A stretch of DNA of 64,000 bases. Source: an uncultured Pseudomonadota bacterium. GTDB taxonomy: Bacteria; Myxococcota_A; UBA796; SXON01. The stretch's first letter is position 1; the number at the start of each line of letters is the position of its first letter. Under the pieces are notes generated by a model, which did no database searches, was not told the origin of the DNA, and saw nothing but the letters and a program-made list of their open reading frames with translations. The stretch lies in the NCBI GenBank assembly GCA_903844155.1, contig CAIMSU010000162.1, positions 70,845 through 134,844 of the forward strand, given 5' to 3'. Position numbers and translations under genes: made by a program. Shown here piece by piece: positions 8,949 through 18,709 of this stretch.

Positions 8949-8977
8949 TATCAAAAGCGACAACGTCGCTTTTGATA
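8949..8977. promoter_or_regulatory. Perfect palindrome in the divergent mdh/YARHG intergenic region (candidate operator)
   Basis: TATCAAAAGCGAC-aac-GTCGCTTTTGATA has 13-bp perfect arms and AT-rich ends in a GC-rich background. Both flanking genes start here, so it is not a terminator. Confidence 0.5.
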
Positions 8978-9040
8978 GGTCCCTACGTTCGGGGGCGCGG
9001 GTCCACTGGCGCGCGATCGGCAACGCGCATAGTCGGGGGC

Positions 9041-9910
9041 ATGCCCGCCACCTTCCGACGTTTCCTCCTCGCTTCCGCTGTCCTCACGATGGTCCTGGCT
9101 TGCGGCGGTGCGCCCGTCGCCACACCCGTCGCCACACCCGTCGCCGCACCCATCGCCACACCCGTCGCCGCACCGCCGACGGCCACCGCGACCGCGTCCT
9201 CCGCCCGTCCGCTCTACTACGACCGCGCCCTCACTTCCGCCGACCTCGACGGCCGCTCGCTTCGTGAGCTGTCGCTCATGCGCAACACCATCTTCGCGCG
9301 CGCCGGCAATCCCTTCGTCAAACCCTGGCTCGACCAGTATTTTCGCGCCCAGCCCTGGTACCAGCCCGCCGCCAGGATCGACGTGTCGAAGCTGACAGAC
9401 ATCGACAAAGCCAACGTCACCGCGATCTCCAACAAGGAGAACGGGTTTTCCCGCGCCCAACTGCTCGCGATGCGCGACGCCATCACCGCGCGCGACGCCG
9501 CCGGCACCGATGCCAACGACGTTGTGGAGCTGTCGCTGTTGAGCGAGGCGCTCGGCGAGTGGGTGGGGTCCAACACAACGCCGATCTCCCAACGCAACCC
9601 GCTGGAGGACCCGTCGGCGCTCGACCAGCAGCTCACGCTCACGCAGATCAACACGATGTCCAGGCGCGATCTACGCCTCCTGCGCAACACCATCTACGCC
9701 CGTCACGGCCGCCCCTTCAAGTCCGCCATCCTCCAACAGTACTTCGCCGACAAAGCCTGGTACCAGGTCCACGCCGACTACACCGACGCTGCGCTCTCGG
9801 ACGTGGACAAGCGCAATATTGCCCTTGTCCAAAGTATGGAAGACCGCCTCGGCGGCCCGCTGACCGAGTGGGACCACGAGCGGGAGGAGGGCTGGTTCCA
9901 GGGTGCCTGA
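9041..9910 (+). CDS. YARHG-domain lipoprotein (two YARHG-type domains)
   Basis: The signal/lipobox is MPATFRRFLLASAVLTMVLAC. The two domain motifs are NTIFARAGNPFVKPWLDQYF and NTIYARHGRPFKSAILQQYF. The start was trimmed from the track ORF. Confidence 0.85.
   Translation: MPATFRRFLLASAVLTMVLACGGAPVATPVATPVAAPIATPVAAPPTATATASSARPLYYDRALTSADLDGRSLRELSLMRNTIFARAGNPFVKPWLDQYFRAQPWYQPAARIDVSKLTDIDKANVTAISNKENGFSRAQLLAMRDAITARDAAGTDANDVVELSLLSEALGEWVGSNTTPISQRNPLEDPSALDQQLTLTQINTMSRRDLRLLRNTIYARHGRPFKSAILQQYFADKAWYQVHADYTDAALSDVDKRNIALVQSMEDRLGGPLTEWDHEREEGWFQGA
9113..9172 (+). repeat. 12-nt tandem repeat x5 inside the YARHG gene, encoding a (PVAT)n linker
   Basis: The five units read cccgtcgccaca, cccgtcgccaca, cccgtcgccgca, cccatcgccaca, cccgtcgccgca. 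Confidence 0.9.
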
Positions 9911-9923
9911 TAAGGGTCATCCC

Positions 9924-9940
9924 GCGCCCCGGTGGGGTGC
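9924..9940. terminator. Hairpin between convergent genes (candidate bidirectional terminator)
   Basis: gcgcccc-ggt-ggggtgc forms a 7-bp stem with one G-U pair. It lies in the 35-nt gap between two convergent stops. There is no U-tract. Confidence 0.35.
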
Positions 9941-9945
9941 AACCA

Positions 9946-10860
9946 TCAGAACGTCGCAAACTTCGGCCCTTTTCTCAACGGACTGCTCCCGATCGCCTCG
10001 AGCAGATCGAGGATCCCGGCCGGATCCGTCGCCAGGCTCGCGGGCGCGCCCCCAAGCCCCGCGCGGACGGGGATGATCTCGGCCGGATGCCCGCTTTCGA
10101 GGGAGACGCGCAAGATCACGGCCTCGTCCTTGTCGGTGCAGGTGCAGTCAAAAAGCAGGTTGCCCAGGCCCCAGGCGATGACCGTCTGACCACGTCGCTC
10201 GATTGGGCCGATCACGTGGGTGCCGTGCGCGACGACGATGTCGGCGCCGTCGTGCGCGGCCTCGTCCACTGCGGCGACGAGCGCGGCGGTCGGCAGGTAG
10301 GACGGGGGGCCGGTCACGTGGAAGGTCTCGACCCGCACCGTCGAGGGGTCGGGGGCGCCGAGCTCGCGGCGGATCTGGCCGACGACGTCGTCCTCGCCGA
10401 GATCGTGGGCGTACAGGGCGACCAGGAAGTGGCCGACTTTGACGCGGGCGTGGCCTGCGTCCCCGCCAAAGGGTTCGACGTCCGCGCGTCGCAGCTCCCG
10501 GATCGTGCGCGGTTCGGAGCGGTCGCCCCCGTCGTGGGCGTGATTGTTGGCGACGCTGGCGGCGAGCACGCCGTTCGCCGCCAGGAACCGGCCACTTTCG
10601 GCGGGATTCGCCAGGTCCACCTTCTCGTCCAGGCCTGCGCCTGTCACGCGCGCGTAGCCCTCGCCGTCCGCGATCGGCCCCTCCAGGTTGACGACGCCAA
10701 CGGCATGACCGACCATGGCGCGAATGTCCGTCAGCCCGCCACGCGCCGTCGCGCCAACGTGCACGTCCCCGCCGAACCAGATCGCCGCGGGTTCCGGGTC
10801 CGCGTGCGTCCAGGCGCCCGTGCACGCAGTTGGCAGAACCGCGCCCGTAACCGTCATCAT
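9946..10860 (-). CDS. CapA/PGA-cap family metallophosphatase-like protein
   Basis: NLEGP, ANNHAHD and AHGTHV motifs match the poly-gamma-glutamate CapA family. The start was trimmed to MMTVTG at 10860. Confidence 0.75.
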   Translation of the reverse strand: MMTVTGAVLPTACTGAWTHADPEPAAIWFGGDVHVGATARGGLTDIRAMVGHAVGVVNLEGPIADGEGYARVTGAGLDEKVDLANPAESGRFLAANGVLAASVANNHAHDGGDRSEPRTIRELRRADVEPFGGDAGHARVKVGHFLVALYAHDLGEDDVVGQIRRELGAPDPSTVRVETFHVTGPPSYLPTAALVAAVDEAAHDGADIVVAHGTHVIGPIERRGQTVIAWGLGNLLFDCTCTDKDEAVILRVSLESGHPAEIIPVRAGLGGAPASLATDPAGILDLLEAIGSSPLRKGPKFATF

Positions 10861-11620
10861 GGCGAAACCCAGTGGAGCGCCGGCGCCCCACGGCCGTCGC
10901 CTCGTCGTCGCCTTCGTCGCCCTTGCGGCCTGTGCCTCGGCAGCGTCGACGCCGGTCCCGACGCTCGCCCCCACCCCGGTCCCGACGGCCGTCCCCGCAC
11001 CCCTTGCCGCCGCCGATCTCGTCGTCGCCGAGCACCTCATCCCATGGACGCCGGAACGCGAAGCCCTCACGGAGACCTACCTTGGGCTGCACCGTACCAC
11101 GCCCCTGACCGGCGACTCGGCCGCCGACACGCGCATGACCCCGCAGGTCATCGTCCTGCACTGGACCGGTGGGCCGACGGCCGCCAGCGCGTGGGCGACG
11201 TTTGCGCCGGACACGCTGTCGGGACGCCCGGAATTGCTCAAGGGCGGCACGCTCAACGTCGGCGCGCACTACGTCGTCGAGCGCGATGGCCGGATCGAGC
11301 GCCTTTTTCCCGAGGACCGGGTTGTGCGGCATTGCATCGGCCTCAACCACGTCGCGATTGGCGTCGAGAACGTTGGCGGGGAGCCGGACCTGCCGCTCAC
11401 GGATGCGCAGGTCGAGGCCGACGCCGCGTTGATTCGGGACATCGTCCGCCGCCAACCGGTCAAATGGCTCTACGGGCACCTCGAGTCCAGCGCGATCGAG
11501 GCGTGCCCGCTCTACGAGGAGAAGGACCCGACCTACCGCAACGCCAAGCCGGACCCCGGCGCGGCGTTCATGGCGAAGGTCCGGGCGAAGGTCGCGGATC
11601 TCGGGCTGGCCGGCGGGTAG
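10859..11620 (+). CDS. N-acetylmuramoyl-L-alanine amidase (Amidase_2/AmpD-like) lipoprotein
   Basis: The lipobox is RRLVVAFVALAAC. Motifs VLHWTGG, HYVVERDGRI and HCIGLNHVAIGVENVG are present. ATG at 10859. Confidence 0.8.
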   Translation: MAKPSGAPAPHGRRLVVAFVALAACASAASTPVPTLAPTPVPTAVPAPLAAADLVVAEHLIPWTPEREALTETYLGLHRTTPLTGDSAADTRMTPQVIVLHWTGGPTAASAWATFAPDTLSGRPELLKGGTLNVGAHYVVERDGRIERLFPEDRVVRHCIGLNHVAIGVENVGGEPDLPLTDAQVEADAALIRDIVRRQPVKWLYGHLESSAIEACPLYEEKDPTYRNAKPDPGAAFMAKVRAKVADLGLAGG

Positions 11621-11673
11621 CGGCGCTGTTGCCCGGTGGGGCGCGGACCGATATCGCCGAACCCGAGGTACCC

Positions 11674-12102
11674 ATGGACGACCCCGTTGAGATCGCCTGC
11701 GACCCCGACCGCATGGACCTCGCGGTCATCCACGGCTTTCTCACGGAGAGCTACTGGAGCGCCGGCATCTCCGAGGACGTCGTCCGCAGGGCCGTTGCCA
11801 ATTCGCTTTGCTTCGGGGTTTTCACCGGGGGTCGGCAGATCGGGTTTGCGCGCGTGGTCACGGACCGCGCGACCTTCGGCTACCTCGCGGACGTGTTCAT
11901 CCTCCCGGAATTCCGCGGTCGTGGGCTTTCGAAGCGGCTCGTGGCGGTCATCCTCGCTCATCCGGATCTGCAGGGTCTACGCCGGTTGCTGCTGGCGACG
12001 CGCGACGCGCACGACCTCTACCGCCTGTTCGGCTTCAAGCCCGTCGCCGTCCCGGGGAACTTCATGGACCGCCACGATCCGGACGTGTACCAGCGCGGCT
12101 AG
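11674..12102 (+). CDS. GNAT family N-acetyltransferase
   Basis: FRGRGLSKRLV is the acetyl-CoA motif. Only the last 143 codons of the 847-aa track ORF look coding. Confidence 0.8.
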   Translation: MDDPVEIACDPDRMDLAVIHGFLTESYWSAGISEDVVRRAVANSLCFGVFTGGRQIGFARVVTDRATFGYLADVFILPEFRGRGLSKRLVAVILAHPDLQGLRRLLLATRDAHDLYRLFGFKPVAVPGNFMDRHDPDVYQRG

Positions 12103-12908
12103 TCGGTCGCGGAGGGTACGCCCTCGTCTTCCGGCTGGTCGTCGTGGAGTCCCGTCGCCTTCCGTTGCCGCAACGCCCGCTTCTCGCGTCGTCGCCTCGG
12201 CCAGGTGTACAGGGCTTCGATGGGGCCGCTCACGACATGCGTGACGCCAAGCAGCATCAGCACCGTCGAGATGTTGTACACCGCGCCCACCGCCAGGCAG
12301 ACGCCGAGCACAAGCACCGTTCCGGCGAGCGTTTTGGGCGAGAGCTTGAAGGTCTTCATGGTCCGGTAGGGGACGCTGGACACCTCCAGGAACGAGACGG
12401 CGAGCACCAGAAGGACCGTCAGCACCGGGTTCTGCGGCGCGCCCCACCCCTCCGACGCCTGCCACATCACCACGGCGCCAACCGTCCCGCCGCCGAGCGT
12501 GATCGTGAGGCCCTGGCTGTACTTGTGCGCCTTGCCGTCTGTGGTGACGTTGAAGCGCGCCAGGCGGAAAGCCCCGCACAACATCAGCGAGCCGGCGACG
12601 AAAAGGCCGAACGGACCGGCGTCCTGCAGCGCCCAGAACCACACGAGGCAGGCGGGGGCGACGCCAAAGCTGATGATGTCGACGAGGGAGTCGAGCTGCA
12701 CGCCGAAAGCGGAGCCTGTCCCGGTCATTCTCGCGACGCGCCCGTCGAGCATGTCGAACAGGCCGGCGTAGAAGATCATCAGGCCCGCTTTGTAGAAGTA
12801 GTTCGCGTCGCCCTGAGCCTGTCCCGCGAGGAGGATGGCGTACAAGCCACAGAAAAGGCTGGCCGAGGTGAACCAGTTGGGCGGGTTGAGGAACTGGCGG
12901 ACCATCAT
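12099..12908 (-). CDS. pssA: CDP-diacylglycerol--serine O-phosphatidyltransferase
   Basis: The CDP-alcohol phosphatidyltransferase motif DMLDGRVAR...GVQLDSLVD is present, with multiple TM helices. It overlaps the ask stop by 4 nt. Confidence 0.88.
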   Translation of the reverse strand: MMVRQFLNPPNWFTSASLFCGLYAILLAGQAQGDANYFYKAGLMIFYAGLFDMLDGRVARMTGTGSAFGVQLDSLVDIISFGVAPACLVWFWALQDAGPFGLFVAGSLMLCGAFRLARFNVTTDGKAHKYSQGLTITLGGGTVGAVVMWQASEGWGAPQNPVLTVLLVLAVSFLEVSSVPYRTMKTFKLSPKTLAGTVLVLGVCLAVGAVYNISTVLMLLGVTHVVSGPIEALYTWPRRRREKRALRQRKATGLHDDQPEDEGVPSATD

Positions 12909-14095
12909 GGGCGGGCGTCCCCGAGCCCGAGGCGGTGGTGGATCTCCAGCTCGACGCGCGCGGCCTCCGCAGGTGGCACGCGGAGGATCACCGCGTCACC
13001 TGTGGCGTGCCAGTCAAACGCGATGCGGGTGGGCGGGGCGGTCGTCGTGTCGACGCCCCCGGCGCAGCACCCGTGGGTGGCGACGAGGATGCGCCCGAGC
13101 AGCTCCGGGTCGGCTCCCGCCCGGCTGCCGACGATGGTGACGGTGGCGGCCTCCCGCAGAAAGTCCAGCGGCGCGTGGAGGTTCCGGCGGTCGACGAGCA
13201 CACCCTCCGGCGAGGCAAACCGGATCGCGGCGCTCGGCAGGTCGGTCAGGTGCCGAAGCTCGCAGGTGGCAAGCTGGGTGTCCGCCGTCACCGCCACGAT
13301 CCGCGCCGGGACGGCCTCGTCGCTGACGACGGTTCCGCCGACCTCGACCCGGTCCGTCTGGCTCGCCCGCAGCGTCACCCCCTCGCGCTTCGCCCAGAGC
13401 ACCGCCTCCTCGTAGAGCACCTTGGCGCCGTTCTGCGCGAGCGCCAGCGCCTCGTCGACGGTCAGACGCTCGATCTTCCGCGCGCCTGGGACCGTGCGCG
13501 GGTCTGCGGACCAGATCCCGTCGATGTCCGAGCAGATCTCGCATTCATCGGCGTGCAAGGCCGCGGCAAGGACGACGGCGGTGGTGTCGCTCCCACCTCG
13601 CCCCAGCGTCGTGACCTCACGCGCGCGGCTGACGCCCTGAAAACCCGCGACGATCGCCACCTCACCGCGGTCGAGCGCCTCGCGCACGCGGTCCGGGCGC
13701 ACCTCCACCACGCGCGCGTTCGCGTGGTGCTCGTCCGTCACGATACCGCTTTGGCTCCCCGTGAACGATCGGGCTGGAACGCCGAGATCCCCCAGCGCCA
13801 TGGCGAGCAGCGCCATGCTCACCCGCTCGCCCACGCTGATGAGCATGTCCAGCTCGCGGCGCCCCGGGGTCGCGCTGACCTGCCTCGCCAACGCCAGCAA
13901 TTCGTTCGTCGTGTTCCCCATCGCGGAGACCACGACGACCACACCCGCCCCCGTTGCCCGCGTGCGTGCGATCCGCGCTGCGACCGCCCGCAGCTTCGTC
14001 AGGTCGGCGACCGAGCTTCCCCCATATTTTTGCACGACCAGCCGCGGTGCTCGCGCCGGGTCCGAGCCGCTCGTCGTCGCCCCCGGTGACGTCAT
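12905..14095 (-). CDS. ask: Aspartate kinase
   Basis: [32 protein letters not shown] and C-terminal ACT-like repeats are present. The start was trimmed to the ATG at 14095, in an ATGA overlap with the upstream gene. Confidence 0.92.
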   Translation of the reverse strand: MTSPGATTSGSDPARAPRLVVQKYGGSSVADLTKLRAVAARIARTRATGAGVVVVVSAMGNTTNELLALARQVSATPGRRELDMLISVGERVSMALLAMALGDLGVPARSFTGSQSGIVTDEHHANARVVEVRPDRVREALDRGEVAIVAGFQGVSRAREVTTLGRGGSDTTAVVLAAALHADECEICSDIDGIWSADPRTVPGARKIERLTVDEALALAQNGAKVLYEEAVLWAKREGVTLRASQTDRVEVGGTVVSDEAVPARIVAVTADTQLATCELRHLTDLPSAAIRFASPEGVLVDRRNLHAPLDFLREAATVTIVGSRAGADPELLGRILVATHGCCAGGVDTTTAPPTRIAFDWHATGDAVILRVPPAEAARVELEIHHRLGLGDARP

Positions 14096-14916
14096 CGCAG
14101 CTCCAGATCGTCGATCCAGAGCTCGTTCGGGCCGCGGTCTTCGGACAACTTGCCAGTCAGATCCTCGATCCGGAACAGCCTCGCCTGCGCGGACCAGCCG
14201 CCCTCTTCGGCCGCCCGAAAATCGGCGACCTTCAACTCCACGCTCGTCCAGTCGTCGGTGGGCACCTGCACCGGCTCCGACTGGGCGCGCGCGCCGGTGC
14301 CATCGTCCAACGCCACCCGGACGTAACTGAGCACCTTCGACGCCCGAATTCGGAAGGCGACCGTGCGCAATGCCTCGGGCTGCTTGAGCACCGCCTCGAG
14401 CGCGTCTGAAGCGCCCGCCTTCACGTCCGTCGTCCACACCAGCATCCGGCCCTCGCCCGTCGCCCGCAGCGTCGGCGCGCCGTTACGGCTCCAGACGCGG
14501 TGCAGCCCGCAGAGATCATCGTCGTCCGAGCTGTCAAAATCGCAGGTTCGCGGAATCGACTTGATGGGCGCGCCGGCCTCCTCGTACCGGGAGAGGATGG
14601 CGACCGCGGCGATGCTCTGGGGCGTTGCCTTCTCGGCCTGCTCCCAGGCGATGGCGGCGCCGGGCCCGTCGCCCTGCTCGGCACGCGCTTGACCAAGGAA
14701 GTACCAGGCTTGTCCGAGGAGCGGGTCGTTGGGGGAGAGGTCGTCGAGGACGTCCTGACAGTACATCGCGGCGGCAGCGGGGGTGCCGTCGAGGGCCTGC
14801 GCGAGGCGCGCATCGTAGAGGGACTCCCAGTTGCGCTCGGAGTCGCCGGCGGCGAGCGCCAGGGCGGGGAGCAGGGCCAGGGCGAGCGCGCCAGCCAGCG
14901 GGCCGCGGGGGACCAA
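14092..14916 (-). CDS. Hypothetical secreted protein
   Basis: The signal peptide is [16 protein letters not shown]. An N-terminal helical part is followed by a beta-rich C-terminal domain. GC3 is high. Confidence 0.7.
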   Translation of the reverse strand: MVPRGPLAGALALALLPALALAAGDSERNWESLYDARLAQALDGTPAAAAMYCQDVLDDLSPNDPLLGQAWYFLGQARAEQGDGPGAAIAWEQAEKATPQSIAAVAILSRYEEAGAPIKSIPRTCDFDSSDDDDLCGLHRVWSRNGAPTLRATGEGRMLVWTTDVKAGASDALEAVLKQPEALRTVAFRIRASKVLSYVRVALDDGTGARAQSEPVQVPTDDWTSVELKVADFRAAEEGGWSAQARLFRIEDLTGKLSEDRGPNELWIDDLELR

Positions 14917-14918
14917 GA

Positions 14919-15620
14919 TCAGCTCTCGGTCCCGACGAACTTGTAGCCGATTCCGTGGAAGGTCTCGATGAACTTGGGTTTTCCGGCGTCGTCCCGCAGC
15001 TTTTTGCGGACGTTCAGGATGTGCGTGTCCACGGTGCGCGTGGTGACGCCCGCGCTGTACTTCCAGATCGCCGAGAGCAATTCTTCCCGATCAACGACCT
15101 TTCCACGGTGCTCAATCAGGTACCGGAGCAGGTCCTGCTCGCGGTTGGAAAGCCGCTCCTCGGCGTCCGGGTGGCGGATCAGGTAGTTGTCGAGGTCCAC
15201 TTCCGTGGTGCCGTAGCGGTAGATGCTCTTGGCGCCGCCCGCTCGCTTGAGCACGGCCTGGATGCGGGCTTTGAGCTCCAGGAGTGAGAACGGCTTGGTG
15301 AGGTAGTCGTCCGCGCCGAGGTCGAACGCCAGCAGCTTGTCCGTCTCCAGCGTCCGCGCCGTCAGGAAGATCAGCGGGCCTGAAAAGCCCTTTTTCCGCA
15401 GCTCGGAGAGGATCTGGAAGCCGTCCATGCCGTCCGGGCCTTCCGGGCCTTCGTGGAGCATCACGTCGCAGACGGCAACGTCGATGGCGCGCTGATCCAC
15501 CACCTCCAACGCGGCTTTACCGCCGCGGGCGTGGTAGACCTCAAACCCTTCCCGGATGAAGAACGCGACGAGGGAGGAGAGCAGGTCTTCCTCGTCTTCG
15601 ACAAAGAGAATGCGGGGCAT
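14919..15620 (-). CDS. OmpR/PhoB-family response regulator
   Basis: The receiver domain begins RILFVEDEEDL and carries a conserved D and K. A C-terminal winged helix is present (TVDTHILNVRKKL...GIGYKF). Confidence 0.92.
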   Translation of the reverse strand: MPRILFVEDEEDLLSSLVAFFIREGFEVYHARGGKAALEVVDQRAIDVAVCDVMLHEGPEGPDGMDGFQILSELRKKGFSGPLIFLTARTLETDKLLAFDLGADDYLTKPFSLLELKARIQAVLKRAGGAKSIYRYGTTEVDLDNYLIRHPDAEERLSNREQDLLRYLIEHRGKVVDREELLSAIWKYSAGVTTRTVDTHILNVRKKLRDDAGKPKFIETFHGIGYKFVGTES

Positions 15621-15629
15621 CTGGGGCTC

Positions 15630-17750
15630 CTAGGGGACGACAGAGGCGGGGAGGACGTTGGCGGACGGGGGCGTGAACGAGAGGGGGAAGTGCAGGGTGA
15701 ACGTTGAGCCGACGCCGGGCGCAGACTCTATCCCGACGTGCCCGCCGTGAGCCTCCATGATGTAGCGCACGATGGTGAGGCCGATGCCAGTGCCCTTTTT
15801 GCTGCGTGCCTGGGGGTCGGACGAGCGGTAGTATTGGTCAAACACCTGCTTCTGCTCCGCAGGGGCGATGCCGATGCCCCTGTCGGACACATCCACACAG
15901 ATCTCGCCGCCACCCTTTTTCCCGCCCGGCTCCTCGGTCCCGGTCACGCGCACGCGAACCCCGATCCACCCGGATTGTTGCCCGTACTTCGCCGCGTTTG
16001 AGAGGAGGTTTATCACCACCTGCGAGACGGCGTCGGCGTCGTGCCAGATGACCGGCAGGTCGTCCGGCAACTCAAAATCGATGGTCATTGCCTTCGTTTC
16101 CATCGCGACGCGGGCCTGTTCCACACACCGCGCGACGGTCAGTCCAAGGTCCCCGATGCGGAAGCTGTAGCGCTTCTTTCCAAGCTCAATCGCGGAAAAG
16201 TCGAGAATGTTGTCGATGAGCCGGGAGAGGCGCTCGGACTCGCGGACGATGATGTCGTAGTGGCGGCTCCGGGCGGCGTCGTCCGTCGCGAGGCCAAGTT
16301 GCAGGGCCTCGGCCTTCAGCCGGATCTGGGTGAGGGGCGAGCGAAGTTCATGCGAAACATGGGCGGCGAAGTCGGACTTGTCGCGGGCCGCGTCAAGCTC
16401 GCGGCGCACGAGTCGCGTGGACATGACCGTGCCGACCACGATCATGGTCAGGGAGAGGAGGATGATGCCAAAGCCGCGGCGACGCTGGCTTGCTTGCTGC
16501 TCGGCAAGGGCGGCGGGATCGCGTGCGCCGACGACCACCGACCACCCCGGAAGCCAGGGCGTGAGCGATGCCCGGGCGAGGGTGTCTGGGGGGACCGGCG
16601 CGTCGGGCGCAAGCAACGTTGCGCGCACCACATCGTCCGCCCCGCCGTCTGCCGCGGCCATTGCCCGGTAACGGTCGAGGAGGCGTCGAAGATCCAGCGC
16701 GAAAGCGTATTGTTCGCTCTCGGTCCAGGTCATCGCCCAGAGCGCGGAGTCGGTCCGCATGTAGACGAAGTTTCCGGTGTCCGCGCGCAACAATCGCCCC
16801 TTGGCCCCGAGGGTGTCGAGCTCCGGCTGCAGCCGCTCCGCCCAGTAGAGCTGGGACGAGCGCTCGTCGACCCGCCCCTGGGCGCGCGCCTTCCAGTCCC
16901 CGCTCGGGAGCTCCTCGATGGCCCGACGGGCGACGGCGGCCTCGCCCCCTCGCCCGATCTCCCATGGCGCCGTGAGCAGGCTGTCGGTGAGCGCCTGGAG
17001 GTCCTCCTGTCCCCCGGCAGGGTCGCGGCGGAACTTCGTCTGTGCGAGCTGCAGTCGCGCGAGATCGCCGAGGCGAAACCCGTAGAGATCACGGGTTTTC
17101 TCCTCGATCTGCTGCTGCCAGATCGCCTCCGCCTCCCGGGTCTGGCCGGCCCGGTCGAGCGCCCGGGCGCGGTTGTAGAGGCAGCGCTCCTTGTCCCGCC
17201 GGTTGTGCGTCTGTCGTGCGGCGTTCCCGTACGCGGTGGCGGCCCGGTCCCACTCCCCGGCCTGCTCGGCCTTCTGGGCTTCCTGCCACCCGTCGAACAG
17301 CAGGAACGTCTGGTCCTCCCGCGGGTCGATCCCTCCGCCGCCGAGGAACGGCTCGGCGAGGTTGCCGTCGTTGTCGAAGCGGAAGACGACGCGGAGCGCG
17401 TCGGAGAGCTCCTTCTGACCGGTGTAGACCGACTGCCCGGAGGTGAGGCGGGTCAACGCGCGGTCCTTGAAGGTCGAGAATTGGGCGTCGAGATCGCCCT
17501 TGAAGGCCTCCGCAGCCGTGTCCGCGCGATGGCGGACGTCCGCGGCGGAGGCAAGCTCATCAGCCCGGATGCCGACGATGCCGTAATAGACCAGCATCAA
17601 GCCCGGCAAGCCGATGGTGGCGGAGAGGACGACGATGACGGTCAGCACCCCGCGCAGGTGGTACACGTCCTCCATGGCCCGTACGTCGCCCCGCCGCGCC
17701 GCGATCAGGCGCTTGAGCAGGGAGAGCGGGCCGAGGTCGCGGGTGGCCAT
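15630..17750 (-). CDS. Sensor histidine kinase with a large periplasmic domain
   Basis: H-box HVSHELRSPLTQI, N-box LLSNAAKYG, G1 DRGIGI and G2 GTGIGL are present, with two TM helices. The start could be 17750 (MATRDLG) or 17822. Confidence 0.88.
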   Translation of the reverse strand: MATRDLGPLSLLKRLIAARRGDVRAMEDVYHLRGVLTVIVVLSATIGLPGLMLVYYGIVGIRADELASAADVRHRADTAAEAFKGDLDAQFSTFKDRALTRLTSGQSVYTGQKELSDALRVVFRFDNDGNLAEPFLGGGGIDPREDQTFLLFDGWQEAQKAEQAGEWDRAATAYGNAARQTHNRRDKERCLYNRARALDRAGQTREAEAIWQQQIEEKTRDLYGFRLGDLARLQLAQTKFRRDPAGGQEDLQALTDSLLTAPWEIGRGGEAAVARRAIEELPSGDWKARAQGRVDERSSQLYWAERLQPELDTLGAKGRLLRADTGNFVYMRTDSALWAMTWTESEQYAFALDLRRLLDRYRAMAAADGGADDVVRATLLAPDAPVPPDTLARASLTPWLPGWSVVVGARDPAALAEQQASQRRRGFGIILLSLTMIVVGTVMSTRLVRRELDAARDKSDFAAHVSHELRSPLTQIRLKAEALQLGLATDDAARSRHYDIIVRESERLSRLIDNILDFSAIELGKKRYSFRIGDLGLTVARCVEQARVAMETKAMTIDFELPDDLPVIWHDADAVSQVVINLLSNAAKYGQQSGWIGVRVRVTGTEEPGGKKGGGEICVDVSDRGIGIAPAEQKQVFDQYYRSSDPQARSKKGTGIGLTIVRYIMEAHGGHVGIESAPGVGSTFTLHFPLSFTPPSANVLPASVVP

Positions 17751-17827
17751 GTGCCGGGTGTATTCCGCGCGCCCAACCCTGAGGCAATCCGGGCGCCTTC
17801 GGACTTGTACGGGTAGAATCACCGACG

Positions 17828-18694
17828 ATGTTCGTCTGTCCCCGCACCCGAGGTCCGCTCCAGGGATGGCGTTCTGTGGACGCGGGCATCGTCTACCCGG
17901 TCGTCGATGGCGTCCCCGTGCTGGTTCCAGACCCGCGCGGCCTCCTGATGCAGACCTCGGTACGCGGCCTCAGCAGCGCCCAGATGGCGCGCGTGGACGC
18001 CCCCGACGCCGTTACCCCGCACCTCCCTTTCGGCCTCCTCGGCGCCCCCGGTTCATTCGGCCAGTGGCTCTCCGCCGTCGGAGACGATGGCCCGGACGCG
18101 GCGTGCGCCGGATTCGCGGCCGACTACGCCCCGGACGGCCCCGCCGTGGATGTTGGATGCGGCCTCGCTCCGATGGCGCGGCGCATGGTCGGTCTCGGGC
18201 GCGAGGCGTGGGCGTTTGACCTCTCGCTCGACAGCGTGCTCATCGCGAAAGGCGTGCTGTCCGGGGCGCTGCCAGTCGTGCAGATTCCGACGCACCGAAA
18301 CGGACTGCGTGCGGTCAAGGTGCCGTTTCGCCCGGTCACCGACGTCAACTACGCGGTGGCGGACGCCGCAACGCCGCCCTTCCCGCGCGCATCGTTCGCC
18401 TGGGTGCACCTCGGCGATGTGCTCGACAGCACCGGGGATCGCCACCGCGAGGTCCTGTACGGCGCGGCCGATCTGGTGCAGCCTGGCGGCATCCTGACCG
18501 TCTCGTCCTCCTTCGGGATGCTCGATCAGCCCGCGGAAGGCCGGCCGCCGCCCGAGGATGCCCTGCTGGACGAGATCGGGGAGATGGGGTTTGAGATCGT
18601 CGGCCGGTCGGACCGCGTCCCGCACGTTCGACGGGTCTACGACCGCCGCTTTGAGGTTCGGATGTTCTTCTGCGTCGGGGCCCTTCGGCCCTGA
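17828..18694 (+). CDS. Trm112-like zinc-ribbon N-terminus fused to a class I SAM-dependent methyltransferase
   Basis: [10 protein letters not shown]...[11 protein letters not shown] is the Trm112-like part. VDVGCGLAP is a SAM-binding motif I. Confidence 0.7.
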   Translation: MFVCPRTRGPLQGWRSVDAGIVYPVVDGVPVLVPDPRGLLMQTSVRGLSSAQMARVDAPDAVTPHLPFGLLGAPGSFGQWLSAVGDDGPDAACAGFAADYAPDGPAVDVGCGLAPMARRMVGLGREAWAFDLSLDSVLIAKGVLSGALPVVQIPTHRNGLRAVKVPFRPVTDVNYAVADAATPPFPRASFAWVHLGDVLDSTGDRHREVLYGAADLVQPGGILTVSSSFGMLDQPAEGRPPPEDALLDEIGEMGFEIVGRSDRVPHVRRVYDRRFEVRMFFCVGALRP

Positions 18695-18709
18695 TGCCGA
18701 CGCGGGCGG

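Noticed and set aside
9559-12102. An 847-aa ORF spanning the YARHG 3' end, the CapA antisense strand, the amidase region and the GNAT gene.
   Set aside because: Only the last 143 codons (11674-12102) give a sensible protein, the GNAT. The rest overlaps three better-supported genes in other frames or strands.
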